A DNA stretch of 64,000 bases from NCBI RefSeq assembly GCF_001194135.2, contig NC_068985.1, positions 82,485,319 through 82,549,318 of the forward strand, written 5' to 3'. Positions 40,590 to 50,364 of the stretch are shown one piece after another (position 1 is the first letter of the stretch; each line of letters begins with the position of its first letter). The notes beneath the pieces were generated by a model that was given only the letters and a program-made list of their open reading frames with translations, had not been told where the DNA came from and searched no databases. The position numbers were made by a program, and so were the translations under genes. This DNA comes from Octopus bimaculoides. Its lineage: Eukaryota.

Positions 40590-41650
40590 CACACATTCCC
40601 CCATCTCATTCCCCTAACACCCAGTCCCCACATCACTCCTCCATCTATGGCACTACTTCATAGCTGATTCAGCATCTATTACTCCCCGCACCACTTCCCT
40701 TGCACTACTGGTTATCTCCTCCTTCCTTGGAGCCTTCAGTCTTTTGTTCTCATCCTCTCTTTCTTTCCCATACTATCCTCACTGAGCAACCCCTTTCTGT
40801 GCCTTCAGATAGTTCTCCACTCTACCATATGTCATCTTATCATCTCATACCTGCTATCATTCTCAACACCCTCTCATATCCACCATCAAACTCACCCATT
40901 ATGCACACCCTTATCTAGTCCTACATCTCCTTCTCCACTGCTCCTACACCTTACATATGATCCTCTTACTTTATGATCTATCCATTTTTCCGAGTGACTG
41001 CTATCTCTCTCTCACCTTACCCCCTTCTCCACATTGATATTTCCCACTAACTGCACCTCCAACCTTGCACTTCATTCAATACATCCATCTTTCCCATCCA
41101 TCTCTAACTGTTACTCTTCCCACACATTCTTATGAAATTACTCCCTTATTCCCTGTATAATCCAGTGACTTTATTCCATCTTATGATCACATACCTTGAG
41201 AGTTCACTCTTTGCACACCATCACTACCATCTTCCTTCTTTGTCTTCATCTTCTCAGTTACTACTAGTCACTGTTATCATTTAAAGTTGTCATGTATCTC
41301 CTCCAAAGTGAAACACTTGTTCTTGTCCCTCTGTTATATGTCAGATTCTCAGCATCTGGTAGAAAGCCACGTCCCCTCCCTAATATCCTCCCCAACGTAG
41401 TCATGGAGATTTTTCTCTTTCCTATTTTTTCTGTCTTGCAACTTATTTGGCAATCTCACTGGTGCCATTGGCATGAAAAAAGTGCCCAGTACACACTTTA
41501 AGGTCGTTGGCATTAGTAAGGCATCCAGCCATAGTAAACATGCTAAAACTAACACTGGAGTTGAGTGCAGCCCTGCAGGATGCTGTCAAACTATTCAACC
41601 CATGCCAGCAAAGAAAATGACTGTTAAATGAGGATGATGATGTATTTGAT
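40590..41650 (+). mobile_element. Pyrimidine-rich low-complexity tract followed by a diverged family C tail
   Basis: A G-poor CT/CA tract spans about 40590-41280. The tail is gttggcattagtaaggcatccagccatag...caacccatgccagc...gttaaatgaggatgatgatg at about 41505-41642. Confidence 0.5.
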
Positions 41651-41659
41651 TACTTTGCT

Positions 41660-42080
41660 CAAAACAGCCCATCAAAGGTGATGCTAGCGTTGATCCAAGA
41701 CATTCATCCTCCTCTGCCTTTAGCATATTGTTTCTCATGGGAGTGGATGTAACTGACAAGACATAGGCAGATCCTGTGGCACTGAGGGCAATCTTGAACA
41801 ACAACTAAAGGGGGTTGATGACGATGGCTCCTCCTCTTGTCATGCAGTCTCCTGCATTCAGTTTCAAAGTGCTCTACTTCAGCATCGCACATGGACCTCC
41901 ATGTATTTTGATTAACACCCAGGGTCTCCAGTTGATTGGAAGGGAGACTGCATAAAATGAGAGACTGTTTGAGATGATCATGAAAACAAAGTTGTAAACG
42001 TTCGTGAGGCTTATTTCTAGTCTCGATTTTGGTAGGCAGTTACCTGGTATCCGAGTCACATACCCAACCCAGAAGAGTTG
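41660..42080 (-). mobile_element. RTE-clade LINE 3' end
   Basis: WVGYVTRIPGNCLPK is followed, after a frameshift, by an open frame at 42018-41704: RLQLCFHDHLKQSL...LETLGVNQNTWRSMCDAEVEHFE...CPQCHRICLCLVSYIHSH. This is the RTE C-terminus with its CxxC...H zinc-knuckle remnant. A gatgggctg...gagcaaagta tail follows. Confidence 0.85.
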
Positions 42081-42942
42081 GGTATGTGATGACAAAGGAT
42101 GCAGATGTGTGTGTGTTCACAAAAGCTGCAAACTATAAATGATATTGTTGTTTTCTCTTGTCAATTAAAAAGCATCTGCTTGCTTTGCACTTTTGAAAAC
42201 ATTTGGAATCAATGAAATAATATCTTTAAATTAGCAAGCTGCATACCACTTCATCTAGGCCTACCTGATGTATCTGCCTCCAATCTTATCTCTAATATGT
42301 CTCAACCATAATATTTTGCTTTGTTATTCTTCCCCATAAATACAACCTATTGAAGTTTAAGCTGAATTTCTCACATATTAACTTCACCAGTCTGAGAGAA
42401 TCTGTAAAAGCCATTGTCAGTCCCATATCTTTAAATTTTAGGAATCGACACTACATTCTAACAGGAAACATAAATTTTAAAACTTGTTGCAAACTTGGTT
42501 CATGGCTGTTTTTGTTCAACTAATACAACTTCTCTTGGTACAATCCCACTTGCATAACTTAAGCTTTGAGACAAGCATATGACTACTGGCAAGATCAACC
42601 AGGTATCACTAAGTTCATATTTTGAATGATGAAGTGTGTTTAACGTTTGTATTTAAATCTCATTGTCTGCTTTTACTAAAACATTCAGTAAAATGAGAAA
42701 CAGACTGGACTAAAAAATATGCACCATGCCTTGAATATCATTTTGGATTCTCACTCATAACTATGATATACTTGTCAATACTGGGCCTAAGAGTTGCTCA
42801 TAAGCATCTAATCAGTTACTCCATTTCTTTGAAACAAACTATTCTAACATTCAGATTTCGTGACAGTTTGTTTAAAGGAAATATAGTCATACTTGTGAAA
42901 ACAGCATATGTGAATGAACATATGTACATGTGTACAGTACAT

Positions 42943-43400
42943 GTGAAATCGAAATCGTAATTGAACCAAATTCGATGACTGGCACCTGTGCCAGTGGAGC
43001 GCTAACAGCACCGTCCGAGCATGATCATTGCCAGAGTAGCACCATTTAAGCGTGATCGTTACCAGCGCCGCCTCACTGGCACTTGTGCTGGTGGCACGTG
43101 AAAAAGCATTTGAGCGAGATAGTTGCCAGTGCCGCTGGACTGGCTCTTGTGCTGGTGGCACGTAAAAAAACACCATTTTGAGCGTGGCCATCGCCAGTAC
43201 TGCCTGACTGACCCTTGTGTCGGCGGCACGTAAAAGCAGCCACTATACTCTCGGAGTGTTTGGGATTAGGAAGGGCATCCAGCTGTAGAAACTCTACCAG
43301 ATTAGATTGGAGCCTGGTGCAGCCATCCGGTTCGCCAGTCCTCAGTCAAATCATCCAACCCATGCTAGCATGGAAAGCAGACGTTAAACGATGATGAGGA
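42943..43400 (+). mobile_element. Family C retroposon with an internal 64-68 bp tandem array
   Basis: Starts gaaatcgaaatcg. Units containing ccag...cttgtgctggtggcacgt start at 43062, 43126 and 43194. The tail is ttaggaagggcatccagctgtagaaac...catgctagcatggaaagcagacgttaaacgatgatga. Many CpGs are retained. Confidence 0.8.
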
Positions 43401-43429
43401 TATATATATGTTTATATATACATATATAT

Positions 43430-43617
43430 ATACATCATCATCATCACCATCATCATTTAACGTCCGCTTTCCATGCTAGCATAGGTTGGATGATTTGACT
43501 GGGGACTGGCAAACCAGATGGCTGCACCAGACTCCAATCTGATCTGGCAGTTTCTACAGCTAGATGCCCTTCCTAACTCCAACCCCTCTGAGAGTGTAGT
43601 GGGTTCTTTTTACATGC
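43430..43617 (-). mobile_element. Family C retroposon 3' part, tail-to-tail with the previous copy
   Basis: Reverse complement of 43235-43399 at about 88%. Confidence 0.85.
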
Positions 43618-46600
43618 TTTTTTGTTAAATTCTTCCAGGTTGTTTGAACTAAATGCTAATAAATTCAAGTTTTCATTAATCATTACACATATGACTTCCT
43701 TGTTCATCAGTTGAATGAATATATTTCTGTTATAATTTGGTCAGGCTCACAAATTATTATAAATGATTTTTATGGTTTGCAGTTTGACTAAAAAAATAGT
43801 ATCATTGCATTGTTTGGATAAAAGAATTTTAATCTTTATATTATATAAATTTCATACAAGATTTAGTCTGAAATATTTGTGCATTTGGAGAAATAGTACA
43901 TTTCTGTACTGAGAAATTCCATCTTCTATTGATTGAAACCAAAAGCAAATGTATACATCCTTTGGCATTTATAATATTTCACCCTTTTCCTTAAATAAAA
44001 ACAAATGATAAAGTAGTAGTAAAGACATATTCATAGTGAAGATTGATTTAAAATTTAGATTTTCTTTTATATCTCAAACTACCAATATTGTTTTATTTCC
44101 AAAATTATTGAAGGAACTGAAAAGAGAAAGAGAGAGAGAGAAAAAACTCGTTTTAATTAAAATTGTTCATATACAATATAGCATTACATTGCTTTACATG
44201 GACTGAAGAATAAGAAGACTAAACAAAATCTAAACTCTAAAGTGTTTTATATGTAAATGAGAATTTTAGCAAATTTTTCAAATATTTTATTTTGATTCCT
44301 TTCTTTAATGGCATAATTTTTGTAATGTTTATATCTTCTCTCATTTTGATAATGATTGCCATTCAGTCTATTATTCCATGATAATCAAAAATTACATCAT
44401 ATCCCAATATTTCGTTAAGATGTTGAATTAATAAAAACATAAACATACTTTATTTTATTGCTCACATCACTGTATTTAATTTAAATATTCACTTTTTTTT
44501 TTTTTTTTTTTTGCAATACCTTTCTATTTACATATTTCATAAGCAATGCAACACCAGGCTGAATCTTGGATAAAATGGATCAAATTAAATTTAACATTGT
44601 AGCTCATTAATTTTTGTCTGATAATCCAAATTTGCATTTGATTCTGGAAGCAATTATGTATTGATTGTAGTTGGTTGGTATTGCAGTAACAGAAATACAA
44701 TGTTGATAGAAATATAATCACCTGGGAAACATAACTTCAGTCAGTGTAATATTTTTTTACTTGAGGGCTTAAATTACTTCCGATTGTAAATATGAATTGA
44801 GCCAATAGATAGATCTAAATCATATGAGTAAATGAATGTAGAAGTCCAGTGCAAAATATACATATGCAAATGAAATATGAATTATACTTTTGATTGTTAT
44901 AATTGTAAATTAGTAACTTGTATTGATTGTAGGGAACTGGTTGGTATAGTTTATTTATTGTCAATTAATGTAACAGATCTTTAGAAATCTCATTAAACAT
45001 TTTAAAACTCTGAGAAAGGTTAAGATATGAAGCTAGAGTTTCATTATGGCTTTATTTCAGGCAAAACCAGTTTTTTTTCGTCAGATGCAGTCAAGCAAAG
45101 ACTTTATTCTTTTATTTATTTATTTTTCTTTGATAAACGTATTAAACTACAGAGCAGGAAGAAATTTTATTCATTATTTGAAGATTTAAAAATTTTATTC
45201 AATTAAACTTCTATTTATTTACTTATTTTTTCCAGAGTGGTGATTGAATGAAATGAAATTTAGTTGTTTTATTTTCTTTTCAAATTAGTAATGAATTGCT
45301 TTTATGCAGAAATTTGATTAAAATAATAGCAAAATTTTATTATATATAACAGAGCTTTTGTTGAGTTCAAATTGTAATATAGTAGATTTAGTTATGTAAA
45401 TTTACAATTTTCATATTCTTTTCAATAACATTAATTATATTTGCTATCTGGAAATTTATTTATGGCTGCTATAATGAACTATTAAGAAAAAAAGGGGAAA
45501 AAAATTATATCACCTACAGATTGTGTATTTATGAAGGATATTACAAATGATGACAGAAATAAATCTGTATTCATATAGCAAAGCAATGTTCCATTTCTCT
45601 GTCATTTCTCTAGGCTTTCTTAAATCAGGTTTGAGTTCTATATTTGTTTAATTATGTACCTTTTGGTATCTTTCTCCCATTCCATTACTGTCTTTTCTGC
45701 TATTTTCCAACATTTTATATTCTTCATCACTACCTTCCTATTCTCACTTTTCTCCTCTCACTCATCCAGTAAGTGCTGTGATTAAGTGAAATGCACTTGG
45801 ATATTACAAATCCAATAGAAACTGTAAAAGTGAAATTTTAAAAATTAGCTATCTGTGCAGTTTTGTCTCAGCTTAGATTGTCTTCTACAGAATAGTTAAT
45901 ATGTTCATTCGTTTGTTTTACATTCAATTTTCTATGCTTTCTGGGGTTGGATGGATACTTTTTTGTGGCAGTATTTTTATGGTCATAAGCATTTCCTATT
46001 GCTAGCCCTTACCTTTATTACAATGGATATTTTCTTTATTCAACTACTTCAATAGTTCAGAGCGGAAAATGTAATGTTCATTAGGAATATAAACACAGTA
46101 ATGTTGCTTTTTTCTTATTTTCATTCAGGCAGTCTCATGTGACTAACCCCCCCCCCCAACACACATTGTAAAGCATTGCTATTTCAAATAAGATAGCATA
46201 ATGGTTAACCAATGCTTAGAACTCTATTTAAATCCATTTATATTCAAGTTTTAATAAGGTATTAAACATAATTTGTCTTCCAGTTTTCTTTTGGTATTCA
46301 ATACCTTTGAATAATTTATACAGTGCATATCTGAGAGCAGAATAAAGTAAAAGAAGAGAACTAGTTTGTCTTTTTATTGTTTGATAAATTGTGTAATCAT
46401 TACATTTGTTTCATTAGTGTATACTAGCATGTCATACATGTCATAGATTAATCATTATATTGATAATTCCATAGTCACATTTAAACATCACATCTTTAGA
46501 AGAAAATAGTGATTTAAACCATTGTTATTTCTCAACCTCATTTGGTTGACAGAGCTAAAGAACTGTTCTTATTTAGCACTATCAACTAACTGATTGAATT

Positions 46601-46750
46601 AAATTACTATTTTGTATATGATTATGCAAGTGTTTATGTAATGACTTTTGCACAGTATACTAGTATTCATTAGTAAAATTTGTGTAATGATTATATAATT
46701 TATGATATTATAACAGAAAGAAAAACTAATTTTGCTCTTGCATGTACACA

Positions 46751-48003
46751 CACAAGGAGAAGTAAAAGATTATCTGCACTTACGACAAAACTGCCTTCAG
46801 CACTTGCATGCTAAAAGGTGAAACTTTTGTAGTTACATTACTGAAATTTGGTCTTGATTGCTCCAGTTTTCTTTCTTGTGTTACAGAGTGAACATAGATA
46901 CTCCACTTGCAGTGTGCATCAAGGCAGAAGAGAGATCAGTGATCTGATTTCTCTGGTCTGAGATGTGTCAGGGCTGAAGTTTATCACAGGCTTTCAGTAC
47001 AATACAGAGACAGTGCTCTACCATGCAGAAATGTGTATAAATGGATTGAGAAGTTTAAAAATGGCTAAATAAGTGTGGAGCATGAAGTGGTAGCAGGACA
47101 TTCATCCACCTCCACCACTGACATGAAGATTGAACAAGCTCAAGAGATGGTTCTGGCTAACTGATGAGTGACCATTTAATGAGGTGGAAAATTAGTCATG
47201 CAAATTAGTTATGACTCTGTATACAAAATCATCCACATCAAACTCTGCTTCCATAAAGTTTGTGTAAAATGGGTGTGAAATTAGCTTACCAGAGAGCATA
47301 AGTGCAAACATGTGGAGATCTGTTAACACTTACTTGACCACAACAATGATGATGATGATGCTTTTTTAGAGAAAACAGTCACAGGAGATAAGACCTGGAT
47401 CCGTCACTTCGAGTCAGAATCTAAAAGGCAGAGCATGGAGTGGAAACACCTGGAATTGCCAGTGAAAAAGAACTCAACCTTCTACAGAAAAAGTGATGCT
47501 AACCATTTTTTGGGATGCAAAAGGGTCTATACTGCAACATTACCTGAAAAAGGGGTCTACAGTCACCAGTGTAAGCTATAGTTAAATACTGGCCAACAAA
47601 CTGAAAGCAGCAATTTGCACTAAATGCCAAGGTTTATTGTCAAAGCAAGTGTTATTGTTGCACAACAATGCACAGCCAGACTATTGAAACTGTTGAAAAA
47701 TTTGGTTCTGATTTGCTAGAAATCCCTGCATACAGTTAAGACCTTGTCCCTTCCAACTATCACTATTTTGGACTGTTGAAACATCATTAAGAAGGTTGTT
47801 GATTTGCTACAGATGAAGAAGCACAGGAAGTGGTACATAACTTGCTGCATGACCAGCCAAAAACCTTCTTCAATGGAATAAGCAAGTTTGTGGACTGCTG
47901 GAAGAAGTGCATCAAAAAGTAAGGAGACTATGTCAAGAAATATACTTTTGTTTTAATAAATTACAGAAACACACGTGTGTGTAATTTTTGACTTAATCTT
48001 GTA
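46751..48003 (+). mobile_element. Near full-length decayed mariner transposon (about 1.25 kb)
   Basis: The transposase remnant starts near 46894: DTPLAVCIKAEERSVI...RNVYKWIEKFKNG...TGDKTWIRHFESESKRQSMEWKH...VMLTIFWDAKG...LLLHNNAQP...AYS*DLVPSNYHYFGLLK. These are the GDETW, LHDNA and YSPDLAPSD motifs. Degenerate termini are CACAAGGAGAAGTAAAAGATTA (46751) and, on the minus strand from 48003, TACAAGATTAAGTCAAAAATTA. Confidence 0.9.
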
Positions 48004-48009
48004 TATATA

Positions 48010-48178
48010 TGATGAGCTTCCATGCAGTTTCCATCAACTAATTCCAGTCACATGAAACATGAAATTGATTAGCCTGAGACAGTAGTAGAAGACACTTGCC
48101 CAAGTGCCACAAAGTGAGACTGAACATAAAGCCATATGGTTGTGAAGCAAACTTTTTAACCATACAGCCATGCTTGTA
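48010..48178 (-). mobile_element. Family A SINE head
   Basis: Reads gcagtttccatc...agtagaagacacttgcccaagtgccac...gactgaac...accatacagccatgc. Confidence 0.7.
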
Positions 48179-49379
48179 TCCATCTCAGCAAAATAGTAAT
48201 TTCTTATTCCTTGCCAGCCATAGCCTGGTTTAAATAGCAAGTGCTCATAGAAGTATTGTATTTCTTGCTTTCACGGGTGCTATTCTCCTATAACCTTTTT
48301 AAAGCCATCCGATTCTGATAAACTGAGATAGCTAGGTAAAGTTAGTTTTGCTGATTATGGTTTATTGCTGAAAAGAAAATGAAAGGGAAAATACTGTTGA
48401 GGAAAGAGTTTGAGAAATATGGAGTTTGAGAGCCGGAAACATTGGGTCAAGTGTTTTGTATGATAGTTTAAAAAGTCAGTGTAGTAATGCTAATAAAAAG
48501 GTGAGGCAATTTAAGTGAGTCTAAGTGAATGGACAGCAGCTGTAGTAGTGAATCAGACTGAAGGAATATCAGCTATTAAGAAAACCTTTAAATACCTTTG
48601 TTTGTAAGGAATAGCAACCAAATCTCTCTTAAATCAAACTCACTCCCTTAAACATGGAATGGCATATTAGATAAAGTAGTTCTAGATATGTTTCAAAGAT
48701 GTGATGGTCATGGTTAGAATGTTTTTTGCTTAGTCAACATTGATCTGAGGCTAAACAATGATTTTAAGTTGACAGCTTGTTTAGTTATCAGTGTTTTTAT
48801 TGAGGGTTTCCTTATTTGCTGGCCATCTTGTTTGGTTGTTGTCTAGTATGTACTTATTAAATGTACTGACTAGGGAGAAACATCTATGAATGTTACGGTT
48901 CATTTTAGCATGCTAAAAAGGCTTTCTGGATAACTGTGCTGGTCTTCTATTTTAATTAGCTTGGCAATACATCAGTGTGAAAGCTCTACCTTATGCAGTG
49001 ATTTTAAATATATTGCTACATTTCAGAATTTGTTGGGTTCAGTTGTTAGCTTTATAAATGTAAGACACTCCAAACATTTCAATTTGCAAAACCATCCAAC
49101 TTATATCAACATTGGAAAATACATGCATGACATCTTATAAATGATTGCTTGAGCAGGAGTTCTTGTGTATGTATACATGTATTCATATACAAACACACAC
49201 TCATGCACTTACAAACAACACATTACATATGTATTTAAAATATACAGTCTTAAAATATATACTTGCAAATATTTATTGTGTATCTCAAAAGATTCACATT
49301 TGAAGTTAGTGGTATTTATACAAGCATAAATATATTCCAAGAGAATATTTATGTTAGAAAGTTAGTATTTTGAGCAGAG

Positions 49380-49545
49380 GCTAGCAAACTTGGTATGGCT
49401 TCAGACAATGTTGTGATATCTGATTACATATTTTTAAGTTCAAAGTTCAAATCCCACTGAAGTGAATTTTGATTTTCATCTTTCCTTGTTCAATCTAAAT
49501 AAACTATAGTCAAATACTGGAATCAATACAATGGATTCTGTTTCT
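49380..49545 (+). mobile_element. Family B SINE, diverged
   Basis: Reads aagttcaaatcccactgaagtgaattttgattttcatcttt...aatactggaatcaat. Confidence 0.45.
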
Positions 49546-49631
49546 CTTCATTGTCAGTGTTGAGTGAATAAGGTCTGCAAAATAATGAAAGTTCATAAAT
49601 GTTAGTGTGCTTGTGTGAGATAGAGGTGTGT

Positions 49632-49668
<37 letters not shown>

Positions 49669-49733
49669 CATGTGTGTGTATGTGTGAGTAATTTTACCTA
49701 TGCCTTCTATTTATATATATATATAAATATATA

Positions 49734-50040
49734 TACGGCAGCTTTCATCCTAATTTTGGGACTGCCATGTTGGCTTGGCGATAACTATTAATTTCCAGTA
49801 CTGCTGCCGTAGTCTCCTTTAGAGAGACTTAGAAATATTAATAACTCTATTTCTGAAAACCAGTGGATAGATTCCACTGAAATTAGATAAATAACCTTCG
49901 AACAGATAGTCAGTAGCGCCGCCTGGCTGGAGCTTGGCTGCTCTGCATTGACAAGGGGCAACACCCTGAAACTAGTCTGCAGATGCCAAACCAGCAAGGG
50001 GAAACTGCTGACCTCCCCTGTTCGAAGGTTATAAAGGACA
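49734..50040 (+). mobile_element. Highly structured hammerhead-bearing element (Penelope pLTR-like or retrozyme-like), cut off by an assembly gap
   Basis: Contains multiple internal inverted repeats: tacggcagc/gctgccgta, gtctc/gagac, cagtgga/tccactg, and a perfect 15-bp pair at 49891-49905/50018-50032 that brackets the hammerhead motif. It is GC-richer than its flanks and retains CpGs. Confidence 0.55.
49942..49983 (+). ncRNA. Minimal type I hammerhead ribozyme motif, U3-A8 core variant
   Basis: Parsed as TCTGCA (stem I), TTGACAA (core), GGGG-CAACA-CCCT (stem II), GAA, A-C-TA-G-T (minimal palindromic stem III), C (cleavage site), TGCAGA (stem I partner). Confidence 0.7.
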
Positions 50041-50364
50041 NNNNNNNNNNNNNNNNNNNNNNNNNNNNNNNNNNNNNNNNNNNNNNNNNNNNNNNNNNNN
50101 NNNNNNNNNNNNNNNNNNNNNNNNNNNNNNNNNNNNNNNNNNNNNNNNNNNNNNNNNNNNNNNNNNNNNNNNNNNNNNNNNNNNNNNNNNNNNNNNNNNN
50201 NNNNNNNNNNNNNNNNNNNNNNNNNNNNNNNNNNNNNNNNNNNNNNNNNNNNNNNNNNNNNNNNNNNNNNNNNNNNNNNNNNNNNNNNNNNNNNNNNNNN
50301 NNNNNNNNNNNNNNNNNNNNNNNNNNNNNNNNNNNNNNNNNNNNNNNNNNNNNNNNNNNNNNNN
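50041..50364. other. Assembly gap (324 N)
   Basis: Run of N bases. Confidence 0.99.

Noticed and set aside
47161-47167. Exact CTGATGA hammerhead core
   Set aside because: It lies inside mariner coding sequence (probably NRRVT codons after CpG decay) and has no flanking stems or GAAA partner.
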